From Octopus vulgaris (lineage: Eukaryota), in assembly GCA_951406725.2 (NCBI GenBank), contig OX597819.1, positions 122,326,001 through 122,390,000 on the forward strand: a stretch of DNA of 64,000 bases, read 5' to 3'. Shown one piece after another: positions 50,378 through 63,589 of the stretch. The stretch's first letter is position 1, and each line of letters starts with the position of its first letter. A program made the translations under genes and the position numbers. The notes under the pieces are model-generated. The model saw only the letters and a program-made list of their open reading frames with translations. It was not told where the DNA came from and did not search any database.

Positions 50378-50950
50378 TTAGGTCATCAGATAAATTCTTT
50401 CGTTTCTTTTCAGTGTTATTTGAATTAATACAAAAAATGTTATCGCAATGTTTTATGGACTTTTAGTTACTCTATTCTTCTTCTCACAACTTTTGTTAAT
50501 CAGATTTGAAACTTGCAGAAATTTTACGTAGTTTCAAATATATGGCGATGAATTGTCAAGTAGAAGAAAAAAATATACCTTTTCCATTTTGCTTTCAGTT
50601 AAGGTTACAACTACTAACAACCGAGCACCTTCATTCTAACCATCACAATCACTAGCAACATCAGTAATGTTGCTAATTGACGGTAGTGATGATTCCATTA
50701 ATTTGTCAATGCCTTGATTATAGAAATTGCTGAATCTTAACACCAATACTTTATCGAGTTACGTTTTCAGCACCATATTGGTGTTGAACGAGACACCTTG
50801 CAGACTGTGAGAAAACGACTGAAAATATAATAATCTGAAGGTGCTATATTGGAAGAATGCAGTAGAATTTCCAGCCGAGATCTTGAATAGCATTTTGGTC
50901 AAGTTAGCGACATGGGCGAGCGCTTTGTCGTGCTTGAAGAAGCACGCCAT
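50378..50950. pseudogene. mariner relics: probable 5' end (+, ~50378-50610) and transposase C-terminus (-, ~50700-50950)
   Basis: Minus strand HDKALAHVANLT..IAPSDYYIF..FYNQGIDKL, compared with the mariner motifs HDNARPH and DLAPSDYHLF. Confidence 0.65.
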
Positions 50951-51329
50951 ATCGGCCGTCGAGGCGGAGAGCTGGCAGAAACGTTAGCACGCCGGGCGAA
51001 ATGCTTAGCGGTATTTCGTCTGCGTTACGTTGTGAGTTCAAATTCCGCCGAAGTCGACTTTGCCTTTCATCCTTTCGGGGTCGATAAATTAAGTACCAGT
51101 TACGCACTGGGGTCGATGTAATCAACTTAATACCTTTGTTTGTCCGCTCTGTGTTTAGCCCCTTGTGGGTAGTAAAGAAATAGGTATCGTGAGGGTATTC
51201 CATCTGATGGGTTAATTCTCAACTGGACTGGCACGGATCCTCGCAAATGAGCTCGTTCAATTAATTGCTATTAAACTAAAAAGGTCGGTCAGAACGCTGA
51301 GAGTCAGTGAGGTCGAATTTCCTCTCCTC

Positions 51330-51660
51330 GAAGCATGGAAACCATTTCTTTCAGTAATGGTGCCCCTTCGTTGACCTCTCACATGTCGGTTAAGAATGTT
51401 CTAAGCAACGTCGTTTGAGGTTCAACTCGCATTCTTTTCCCCTTCGATGGGGTCCACTTGAAAGCTATTTTAGCATGGCGCTGTTAAAGTAGCCGGTGTA
51501 TGTAACCTGCCAGTTTTAACCTTCGTTCTGTGTTGATTTCGCTAAGCCCTTATACGCAAGCCCCATTCTGTCTAATAGCACAACTCTCTGCACGCAATAC
51601 TTACTCCATAATATACCATACAAAATAACAATACACTCGTCATACAGCTCTACAGAATCG
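51330..51660 (-). pseudogene. Old RTE-like ORF2 C-terminal relic
   Basis: ERRLKLAGYIHRL..RHAKIAFKWTP..GKR. Confidence 0.5.
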
Positions 51661-51836
51661 TCATCAAAAGGCACAAGCACAATCTATAAAACACATGGCT
51701 GTGTGGTAAGAAGTTTGCTTCCCAACCACATGGTTTCAGGTTCAGTTCCACTGAATGATAACTTGGACAAGTGTCTTTACTAAACTACCTGGCTGGCCAA
51801 TGCCGAACGAATGAACTTGGTTGACAGAAATTCGTC

Positions 51837-51872
<36 letters not shown>

Positions 51873-51910
51873 TGCTGTATATATATATATTTATATATAA
51901 TTTGTATATG

Positions 51911-51946
<36 letters not shown>

Positions 51947-52107
51947 TTAATAATAGTAGTAGTAGGGAATATTATTCCAAGCTTACGGGGAAAAATTCAA
52001 TTAAGCAATTCTAAATCAAATTTCACAATATATATATATAATTTAGAGAAAAACCTCTATTATACAGTTCAATAGTGAAAGACGTTAATTACACCACTGT
52101 GCAAGTC

Positions 52108-52175
<68 letters not shown>

Positions 52176-52205
52176 TAATAATAATAATAATAATAATAAT
52201 AATTT

Positions 52206-52764
52206 ATAGCCCTGATGCAGTACCAGACAGTGGCTCTCGTGGCTTCTGATCTTAACTGATTGGAAGTATTATCATGTACATTGTTTTGTCTTGGTATAAA
52301 AGATGAGCTACAGCAAATATTCTGCTCAATACCACAGATTTGCTTGTCAGTTGTTTGACCTTAACCAGTTGACCATGTCCCTTAGTGGCTGACGATATGT
52401 ACATCTCTGATCACAAGCAGAAGTGGTTGGGGAGTATCATAGCCATCTGTTAAGAGGGATTCTTTGGGGATTTGAATAATTCACCTCTGGAAACATGGGT
52501 GTTTCGTTCAACATCCTTAAAGAACCCTTATTCAGGAACCTTTTGAGTAGGATGGGTTACTCGACCTGAAGAAAATTCTAACTGAGCCCCACCTGCAAGG
52601 TCATGTGCTGTTTATCTTGATATAAGATCAGCGTGTCGTCTACATATGGTTGTGATGCATGTGCCTAGTGTACCCTTATCAGACGGGTAGTCGTGATGGG
52701 TATACTGGGCTTCGTATATTTTACCCCAGTGTCACTTTGATGGCATGCACTGCTCTCTCACTCA
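52206..52764 (+). mobile_element. ~560-bp non-coding retroelement embedded in (TAA)n
   Basis: (TAA)n on both sides; homologous to 14670-15022 and 57535-57945. Confidence 0.8.
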
Positions 52765-53394
52765 ATAATAATAATAATAATCATAATAATAATAATAATG
52801 ATAATAATAATAATAATAATAATAATAGAACATATTAGAAAAAACGGTGTTGGGCGTTGGTTTTACCGGAATCAGTAAAAATATTGGCAATAGAAATATA
52901 AGTAGAGAAATGTATGAAACGAAATGTCCCAATATGATAGATGATGTAGAGGGTGCAACCACGTTGGATTAATAATAAGGGTTTTTAATTTAGGTAAAAG
53001 GCAGTAATTTTGAGATAGGATAGGGGATTAATTATCGTTATCGATGTTAGTCCTTGAGTAGTGTTTCGTTTCATCGCCACCGGTAGGATGAAAGATGAAG
53101 ATGACTTCAGCTGGATTTGAACTTCGAAATCAGAACTGAAAAAGCAAATACCACAACACACTGTTTTTCTGTTTTTTTTTCGACGCGCCAGCAATTTTGC
53201 CGGTTCACCGACTTGTCAATATTAGCAATTAGGATTTCTAAACATAGGTACAATGCCAAAACCATTAAGAAGGTTTGGTCGATGGTCGATTAAATCTACC
53301 CTATTTCATTTGTAAATATTTTATTAACCCCTAAATAATTAATGGTTTAATCAACCTGGGAGTAACTTCAACAACAGCAGCAACAACAACACCA

Positions 53395-53460
<66 letters not shown>

Positions 53461-53975
53461 GTTGATGCTACTAATTAGTCCTTGAAATGTGAGATATGAT
53501 AATTTTTTGTAAGTTGTGATGGCCTTGGGCCAGAAAAGTTTTCGTATTTTTACTGGAATTTCTCTTATGGATAATTATTTTCTGAAAAGACACTTTTAGG
53601 TACATACATGTGGTGTAGCAACACCGGTAAATTGTTCGGAACTGAGATGCCGGAAGAAAGAAAATACATGTTGTATCCGTGTGAGGTGTTTGTTATCTGA
53701 AGACTGATGCCAAATTAGTTTTTGTTCACTAAGAAAACTTTTCTACAAATTGAGGCACGTAATTTATACAATATGTGTTAGAATGACCCGGAACCAAAGG
53801 AAAACAACGACTGCTTGCTAAACAACAATATATCTTGATATTACTAGAGAAGTGTTAAGGAAATTTATGTTCTTCATTTCTCCTTTCTTAATCTCACGTT
53901 AACATTTTCGTTTCAGCTTTGTTGGAGGAGTAAGATAGAAAGCTCAAGCAATATTATTATTATTTACCCTTCAAC

Positions 53976-55735
53976 GCGGCGAGCTGGCAGAAACGTTAGC
54001 ACGTCGGGCGAAATGCTTAGCGGTATTTCGTCTGCTGCTACGTTCTGAGTTCAAATTCTGCCGAGGTCGACTTTGCCTTTCATCCTTTCGGGGTCGATTA
54101 AATAAGTACTGGGGTCGATATAATCGACTTAATCCGTTTGTCTGTCCTTGTTTGTCCTTTCTGTGTTTAGCCCCTTGTGGGTAGTAAAGAAATAGGTATT
54201 TCGTCTGCCACTACGTTCTGAGTTCAAATTCCGCCGAGGTCGACTTTGCCTTTCATCCTCTTGGGGTCGATTAAATAAGTATCAGTTACGCACTGAGGTC
54301 GATATAATCAACTTAATCCGTTTGTCTGTCCTTGTTTGTCCCGTCTGTATGTAGCCCCTTGTGGGCAGTAAAGAAATAAGAAACGTTACCACGGTTGGCG
54401 AAATGCTTAGCGGTATTTCGTCTGCCGCTACGTTCTGAGTTCAAATTCCGCCGAGGTCGACTTCGCCTTTCACCCTTTCGGGGTCGATAAATTAATTACC
54501 AGTTGTGTACTGGGGTGGATCTAATCGACTGGCCCCCGCTCCCCAAACATTTTCGGGCTTTGTGCCTAGAGTAGAAAAGAATATCATTCACCCTTCGTAA
54601 GGCGGCGAGCTGGCAGAATCGTTAGCATGTGGCGCAAAATGCTTAGCGGAATTTTATTCTTCTTTATGTTCTGAGTTCAAAATCTACCGAGGTCAACTTT
54701 ACATTTCATCCATTTGGAGTCGATAAAATAAATGCCATACTAAGTCGGCGAGCTAGCAGAACCGTTAGCATGCTGGGCGAAATACCTAGCGGTATTTCGT
54801 CTGCCGCTACGTTCTGAGTTCAAATACCGCCGAGGTCTACTTAGCCTTTCATCTTTTCGGGATCGATTAAGTAAGAACCAGTTACGCACTGGGGTAGATG
54901 TAATCGACTTAATCTCTTTGTCTGTCCTTGCTTGGGCAACAAAGAAATATATGAAATAAATGCCAGCTAAGGACTGGAGTCGATGTAATCGACTGAACCC
55001 CTTCCCCGGAATTGCTGTCCTTGTGCCAAAATTTGAATCCAATATTATTCTTTATTCGTCTCCCGAGGAAATTTGATTCTCTCGCACGGAGATGCTCAGC
55101 CACCAAAATTCCTGCTCGTTGCTTCTATTCTGGCATTTGTCTTAATGAGTAATGTTCTTTTCTACTCTAGGCACAAGGACCAAAATTTTTGGGGAGACGA
55201 CCAATCGATTAGATCGACCCAGTATGCAACTGGTATTTAATTTATCAATTCCGAAAGGATGAAAGACAAAGTAAACTTTGGCAGAATTTGAACTCAGGAC
55301 ATAGCTAAGCATTTTACCAGGCGTGCTAAAGGCCCAAATTTTTTGGGGAGGGGACTAGTTGATTAGATCGACTCCAGTACACAAATGGTGCTTAAATTAA
55401 TCACAAAAGGTACTTAAATAATCAATTAATCGACCCCGAAAGATTAAAGGCAAAGTAGACCTCGGTGGAATTTGAACTCAGAACGTAAAGACAGACGAGA
55501 TACATATTTTTTTATTACCCACAAGGGGCTAAACGCAGAGAAGACAAACAAGGACAGACAAACGGATTAAGTCGATTACATCGACCCCAGTGCGTAACTG
55601 GTACTTAATTTATCGACCCTGAAAGGATGAAAGGCAAAGTCGACCTCGGCGGAATTTGAACTCAGAACGTAAAGACAGACGAAATACGGCTACGCATTTC
55701 GCCCGGTGTGCTAACGATTCTGCCAGCTCGCCGCC
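53976..55735. mobile_element. Cluster of SINE family B multimers (+ 53976-55040; - 55155-55735)
   Basis: At least 8 unit copies in two converging orientations. Confidence 0.85.
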
Positions 55736-56301
55736 ATGTGTTTTTGAGCAATATTGCACCTCTTTGCATTGTTATATCAACTATTCACGGATAATTCGAA
55801 ACAGCTGTAAAGATAAAACCTGCTTGCATCATGTAAATATTATTTGGAATTTATTATATATATAGGTTCTTCACCTGTTATTGTTCGTCTGTCATACTTC
55901 TTCGGTTGTTCTTCTCGCCAACCTTTCTACATCTGGATTACTTCAGCTCGATGGAAGGGTTGGATATTAAGTAACTGATGCCTCTGAGTACTACTTAATG
56001 AACTACTTGGTTCATCTCAAATTCTTTGTAAACTCCTAAATATATCTCTTTCTGTATATATATATATATATATATGTAGTAGTAACAGAAAAGAGGAATT
56101 TCGGTTGTACCCACGTGGGGGATTGTAATTTATATAAGAAATTAAAAAGGAAAATACGCACACTTACATGGTTATAATATAATTTTTAATGTATCGACCG
56201 GTTTCGCAATCGCTATTCATGATGTAATGTTTAATTTATATGAATATATATTTTTTTCTTTAGAAGAAATTTGGTCCATGTTGTTTGTAATGAAATTCAC
56301 G

Positions 56302-56340
<39 letters not shown>

Positions 56341-56619
56341 TACCAAACAAACATGATTTTTTTTATTGAACTCGTAATACTTTTTGTTTAATATTTTCTC
56401 AAATATTTCCTTCTAAACTGTTTTTCTTATTATTATCAAAGAATGCATATATGTATTTTAATACTTTTGTGACAACCAGTAGTTCACGCAACAAAACTCA
56501 TACAAAGCTTTACATTTAGCATTTGACAATCTTTTTCTAAAAAAGTGAAACCGGTCAAGTGAATAAACATCTTTAAATTTGCATTTTCAAACATTCTTTC
56601 ATACATACATACATACATA

Positions 56620-56734
56620 TCACGTGATCACGTGACCGACCAGACCATCAGATGTTGTTACACATCGCTGGTCATAATGCGTTCGCATTGTTTTAGCCTT
56701 CGAATGACGCCACCTCGCTGGCTAAGCGAGCAGG

Positions 56735-56809
<75 letters not shown>

Positions 56810-57107
56810 AGGCGCAATGGCCCAGTGGTTAGGGCAGCGGACTCGCGGTCATAGGATCGCGGTTTCGATTCCCAGACCGGGCGTTGTGAGTGTTTATTGA
56901 GCGAAAAACACCTAAAAGCTCCACGAAGCTCCGGCAGGGGGTGGTGATCCCTGCTGTACTCTTTCACCACTCTTTCTCTCTTTCTTCTGTTGGCCTGCTC
57001 GCTTAGCCAGAGGGGTGGCGTCATTTGAAGGCTAAAACTGTGCGAACGCATTGTGACCAGCGATGTGTAAAATATCTGATGGTCTGGTCGGTCACGTAAT
57101 CACGTGA
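56620..57107 (+). mobile_element. tRNA-derived SINE (head at 56808) preceded by an inverted copy of its own 3' ~119 bp
   Basis: 56620-56738 is the reverse complement of 56990-57107; A-box TGGCCCAGTGG and B-box GTTTCGATTCC. Confidence 0.8.
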
Positions 57108-57534
57108 TATATATATATACTGGGTCATCCCATAAACAATGCGTTTTTTACAAATACTTCTTTTATTATTCAAAATTAGGATAAACAAAGTTCTTTTTTA
57201 ATCTAAAATATATTCTCCTTATTGGTATTGTGATTAGTGTGGACTGAGTTATTCTATTATTATTAGTAGTAGTAGCTTCATTTAACGCGGCAGTATCATA
57301 TGGTGTGCCACTAATCCGTGTTGGGTCTGGGTTTATCGGTTCATCCGTTACACTGTGATTCGATATAGGAGTAGTGTTATTGGGCCTAATATTATTGCTA
57401 TCATTATAATTAGTGCTGTTACTACCATTCTCAACATTGTTATTACTATCATGATTATTACTATAGTAATTACTGTTTGTGTTATTATTATTATTATTAT
57501 CATCATCATCATTATTATTATTATTATTATCATT

Positions 57535-57945
57535 GAGTGAGAGAGCAGTTCATGCCATCAAGGCGACACTGGGGTAAAATATACGAAGCCCAATATACCC
57601 ATCATGACTACCCGTCTGATAAGGGTACACCAGGCACATGCATCACAACCATATGTGCGCGACATGGTGATCTCATATCAAGATAAACAGCACATGACCT
57701 TGCAGGTGGGGCCCAGTTAGAATTTTCTTCAGGTTGAGTAGCCCATCCCGCTCAAACGGTCTCTGAATAAGGGTTGTTTAAGGATGTTGAAAGAACCACC
57801 CATGTTTCCAGAGGCAAACTATTCAAACCCCAAAGAATCCCTCTCAACACATGGCTATGATGCTCCCCCACTACTTCTGCTTGTGATCAGAGATGCACAT
57901 ATCGTCAGCCACTAAGGGACATGCTCAACTGGTTAAGGTCAAACA
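57535..57945 (-). mobile_element. (TAA)n-tailed retroelement copy
   Basis: Reverse complement of 52360-52764. Confidence 0.8.
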
Positions 57946-57974
57946 ATTATTATTATCATTATTATTATTGTCAT

Positions 57975-58302
57975 TTACTTTTACTCTGCATGTTTGATGC
58001 AATCACTTGCCGGGGCACACCCAGCGCCCTAGGGCAAGTGAAGGTTAAGAGTTGTTGAAATATAGCTGAAAGCTTGGGGAGGGGAAGTAGAGAAATATCT
58101 CCATGTAATACAACACAAACATTTACATTGATAGGGTTTTTCTAAGGATGTGGGCAGTACTTGTTAGCACAATCTTTTGGATTTCCTTGAGACACGGTTC
58201 TCCAGGGATATTGTCTAGGTGTTTCTGACATCCCTTTTTTTATCATACCTAGGGCACCTACAATAACAGGAACAGTTTTTGTTTTAAGATGCCACATCTT
58301 TT
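57975..58302 (-). pseudogene. 3' end of an R4/Dong-like (REL endonuclease) non-LTR element in (TAA)n
   Basis: QKMWHLKTKTVPVIVGALGMIKKG..IQKIVL motif; TAA repeats on both sides. Confidence 0.7.
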
Positions 58303-58355
<53 letters not shown>

Positions 58356-58399
58356 GTTACTGTTACTATTATTAGTATAGCTACTGCTGTTATCAATAC

Positions 58400-59132
58400 T
58401 AAAGTCATTATTTAGGGAACTACTATCAGTTATCTCTAAGTCGTTAACCCGGTGGTTAGACACCATAGTTGTAGGAATAATAACTTGGTTATTGTTATTA
58501 ATTTGGTTACTACCATTATTAGTTCTTGGAATATTGGGGTTTGAGTGATTATTATTGTTTGCCCTTAATCTAGCTTTTTAAATTCTGGTTTTATTATGCT
58601 TAGCTATGAGGCAGTTCATGTTGGGGAGAGTCGAATATGAGATTCTAATAGTTTTAGTGGATACAATACTACTATATTTATGAGTGGGTGGAAAGTTATT
58701 TGCTATGATTGAAAATATTTTCTTGCATAATTTTCCTGTAACTGTTATATTATATGGTATGTTATACCATATATAGTTACGTAATCTACAGTTCTTACGT
58801 TTATGCATTCTTTTATTATTATTTGTGTTGCTCCTATCGGTAGGGTTTTCTCTAACTGAATTTTTATTGGTGTGATTTCCATCTCTTTTATTTGTTTCAG
58901 TCATTTGACTGTGGCCATGCTGGAGCACCGCCTTTTAGTCGAGAAAATCGACCCCCAGGACTTATTCTTTGTAAGCCTAGTACTTATTCTATCGGTCTCT
59001 TTTGCCGAACCGCTAAGTTACGGGGACGTAAACACACCAGCATCGGTTGTCAAGCGATGTTGGGGGGACAAACACAGACAAAAAAACACATACACACACA
59101 CACACACACACACATAAACACATATATATATT

Positions 59133-59191
<59 letters not shown>

Positions 59192-59880
59192 GACGTGCTT
59201 CATTCAGTTTCCGTCTACCAAACTCACTCACAAGGCTTTGGTCGGCCCGAGGCTATAGTAGATGTAACTTGCTCAAGGTACCACGCAGTGGGACTGAACC
59301 CGGAACCATGTGGTTCGTAAGCAAGCTACTTACCACACAGCCACACTTACGCCTATGTTTTTTTAAAAATCTTAACCTCATTTGAATTTATGCTAATTGT
59401 GTCTGCGCTTTTATTGGATCTATTTACTCCGTTTAAAGAACTAACACTGGAACCCTTAATTTGTTTATGTGACGGAGCCTTACTAATGATGGATGTTTTA
59501 GGTAATTTATCATATGAGTTTTTACCAAAAGAGATTTTCTGGGAGTACGCAGCATTAGAGAGGGCTTGATTATAGTGATGCGCATGATCACTGAAAATAC
59601 TTTCGTTTGATGATAACTTAGTCTATCAGAAACAGCTTGGACTGTGGTATTAATTATACAGGGCGGGTCATTAGATGATGTGCCAATATATCTTGTGGTT
59701 TTTTCTGGTTTTCTATAAGGGTAGTGAAGGCCTTTATCTAAGTCTAATGTAGCATCTAAAAAATTAACTATCTTAGTGTTGGTCATGCATTCTACTTTCA
59801 GGTTAAATAATTTAAAGAAATGCCTAATCTTTTTTCAAATTCCTTCTAAGGTACTTTTATTTGATATATTCTCTCTCACC
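58400..59880 (-). pseudogene. Penelope-like element relic (RT C-terminus and linker), split by SINE A at 58883-59353
   Basis: VNFLDATLDL..YPYRKP..YI..SNDPP..RLS and RNYIWYNIPY..NFPPTH..IRISYSTLPN motifs. Confidence 0.8.
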
Positions 59881-60721
59881 TCTGCCACTATCTGGCATAT
59901 ACAGGTGCTTACACTTATCAAGTATTCACCCTAAATTTACAGTACCTATATATATATCATAATAATATCATATTTATAGATAGAGGAAGGGGTAGTACTA
60001 CCCCTTCCTCTATAAATAGCAAAAAAACTCTTGTTTGTCTCCATTGAACCAAGAAAAGAAACCCCATCCCCACTGATATATCTAAATAACAAAGTGAACT
60101 CAGTGATAAAAAATCTACAGATTGAGAAGGGACATTCTACTACCATGTTCTTAATGATGAAATTAACCTCTCTGTCTATATATCTACCCTCTTTGTAATG
60201 TTGGCAAATGAAATAAGTATAAAAATGTACATTGTCCATTTAATTAAAAGAATTCTATTTGTGACTGAAGATTGCTCGACATTTTAAAACTGATGTAATA
60301 CTTACAGTGTTTAATAAAATGAAGTAGCATGAAACGATTGTACAACACTACCTTAGATATCCTTGTTGCTTATTATGATTATAATCACCCCATTTGATTT
60401 ATATGGATAATACCATTCCATCTGGTGCCTTTAACTTAAGTACCATATTCATCTGAATCTAAATATTTATATATTCGCCATGATTGACCGTTAAATTCAC
60501 AAGTTTTTTTTATTGTTTATTTCCCCGTGTTCCTTCCTGTTGAAACGTAAAAGACTTTCTCACCTTCCCCAGCGTCAAATTATTACACCTGCTTCGTCAA
60601 ACTATTACACGTGTCTTCGTGTTTTGTTTTTCTGTACATTTCAACAATATTTTGGAGGGGAAGTAAATGTTGGGGGAACACCTGTCTTCGTCTTTCGATT
60701 TATTATAAATTTCAATTATAT

Positions 60722-60928
60722 ATTCTTTTACTCTCTTACTTGTTTCAGTCATTTGACTGTGGCCATGCTGGAGCACCGCTTTTAGTCGAGCAAATCGACC
60801 CCAGGACTTATTCTTTGTAGGCCTAGTACTTATTCTATCGATCTCTTTTCCCGAGCTGCTAACTTACGGGGACGTAAACACACCAGCATCGGTTGTCAAG
60901 CGATGTTGGTGGGACAAACACAGACACA

Positions 60929-61006
<78 letters not shown>

Positions 61007-61385
61007 CAACGGGCTTCTTTCAGTTTCCGTCTACCAAATCCACTTACAAGGCTTTGCCCAAGGTATCACGCAGTGGGACTGAACCCGGAACCATGTGGTT
61101 GGTAAGCAATCTACTTACCACTTGGCCACTCCTACGCCTATATATATAGAGAGAGGCGGCGTGCTGGCAGAAACGTTAGCACGCCGAGCGAAATGCGTAG
61201 CCGTATTTCGTCTGCCGTTAATGTTCTGAGTTCATAATCCGCCGAGGTCGACTTTACCTTTTATCCTTTCGGGGGCGATAAATTAAGTACCAGTTACGCA
61301 CTGGGGTCAATGTAATCGACTTAATCCGTTTGTCTGTCTTTATTTGTCCTCTCTATGTTTAGCCCCTTGTGGGTAGTAAAGAAAT
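60722..61385. mobile_element. SINE A (-, 60722-61138) and SINE B (+, 61155-61385) head to head
   Basis: Consensus matches. Confidence 0.85.
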
Positions 61386-61497
61386 ATATATATATATAGT
61401 TAATCCAAACAAGAAAACACAGAAAAAAAAACACAGCAACGCGAGGACGTGGAACAATTAAAGTATTATTTGACGCCCAGGAAAGAAGGGAAGGAGG

Positions 61498-61532
61498 GTT
61501 TAACGTTTCGAGCGGAGCTCTTCGTCGGAAAC
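61498..61532 (-). ncRNA. Second copy of the 43084 hammerhead with a core mutation (CCGACGA)
   Basis: Element 61398-61575 is homologous to 42983-43160 and is TA-flanked. Confidence 0.65.
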
Positions 61533-62072
61533 AAAGGAGAAGGAAAGATCCCGAGAAGGGAAGACAGAGGAAAATATATATATATATATATTGTACTTAT
61601 GTCTTATAATTTTAATGTAATACCATGATTTTCTTTAGGGCAATACAAAGGTAGATCGCAAGGGGAGAATAAAAATGGAAACATTGTATGCTTAGTACAT
61701 GGAAGAAGGTATAATGTTTTTGAGTATTTTACGAGAGTTTTGAGTGTATAAAAGATAAAAGAGATTCCTTTTAAGAAGTTTCTTAATTTGCATCTGTTTA
61801 AATAAAATTTCGTTCGCAAGATTACTTTGTGTCTTTAATATTTCTAGTATTGCTGTTAATTGAAAGAGTTACGTCTCCAAGAAACAGACAGCAGAAGAAA
61901 GATTGTATCTTGCGTCGAGAAATGGAAGAAGTTGAAGAATGACTAGGAGTCATCATTTTTTTTTTGTTCATATATATATGTTTATTTATGCTACGCTCTT
62001 TTGGTTTTATATTATTTTCTCGTCAACATTTATAACGAATCGATTTTAAAGGAAAAGACGTACTGAGACTGC

Positions 62073-62073
<1 letters not shown>

Positions 62074-62103
<30 letters not shown>

Positions 62104-62409
62104 CATACATACAAACATACATACATACATACATACATACATACATACATACATACAAACATACATACATACATACATACATACATACATACATACATAC
62201 ATACATACATACATACATACATGTATACATACATTCATACATACATACATACATATATGTATACATACATACATACATATATGTATACATACATACATAC
62301 ATACATACATATATGTATACATACATACATACATACATATATGTATACATACATACATACATACATACATACATACATACATACATACATACATACATAC
62401 ATACATACA

Positions 62410-62442
<33 letters not shown>

Positions 62443-62632
62443 GTATACATACATTCATACATACATACATATATGTATACATACATACATACATACATAT
62501 ATGTATACATACATACATACATACATATATGTATACATACATACATACATACATACATACATACATACATACATACATACATACATACATACATACATAC
62601 ATACATACATACATACATACATACATACATAC
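62074..62632. repeat. (CATA)n microsatellite, ~560 bp
   Basis: Direct reading. Confidence 0.97.
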
Positions 62633-62821
62633 ACGCACGCACGCAGCACTCACAGACATATATACGCGCACGCGCATATATACATACATACATACTCACA
62701 TATATATTAACAGGCTCCGGTGAATATATTGCCGTCTAAATTACGCAAAAATGAAAATAACACTGGTATCTCATTTTAAAAGATGATATTTACCAAAATT
62801 ACTTTAAAATATTGAAATATA

Positions 62822-63333
62822 CTCTTTTACTCTTTTACTTGTTTCAGTCATTTGACTGCGGCCATGCTGGAGCACCGCCTTTAGTCGAGCAAATCGACCC
62901 CGGGACTTATTCTTGTGCCTGGGAGGGTAACTTTCTAGATGCAATCCCACGGTCATTCGTGACCGAAGGGGGTTTGCGAAATATATATATATACATAAAC
63001 CCATCTATCATACATACATACATACATACATACATAAACGTGAGCTTACGTGTGTGTGAGTGTGTGTCTGTGTGCGCATGCGTGTGAAATATATTAGATA
63101 GGAATATGGTATGGGAAGCACTCCGTCGGTTACGATGATGAGGGTTCCGGTTGATCCGAATCAACGGAACAGCCTGCTCGTGAAATTAACGTGTAAGTGG
63201 CTGAGCACTCCACAGACACGTGCACCCATATCGGTCTCTTTTGCCGAATCGCTAAGTGACGGAGACGTAAGCACACCAGCATCGGTTGTCAAGCAATGCT
63301 AGGGGGACAAACACAGACACACAAACACACACA

Positions 63334-63399
<66 letters not shown>

Positions 63400-63564
63400 T
63401 ACGACATGCTTCTTTCAGTTTCAGTCTACCAAATCCACTCACAAGGCATTGGTCGGCCTGGGGCTATAGCAGAAGACACTTGCCCAAGATGCCACGCAGT
63501 TGGACTGAACCCAGAACCATGTGGTTGGTTAGCAAGCTACTAACCACACAGCCACTCCTGCGCC
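62822..63564 (-). mobile_element. SINE A with nested insertions, lying inside the 3' end of a DD37D transposon
   Basis: SINE halves at 62822-62914 and 63229-63564; probable transposon end at ~62710-62820. Confidence 0.75.
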
Positions 63565-63589
63565 TATAGAGTAAATTTATTCAATAAAT

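Noticed and set aside
56808-56885. tRNA gene
   Set aside because: A and B boxes are present but there is no proper acceptor stem, and it continues into a SINE body; a related head occurs at 19905(-).
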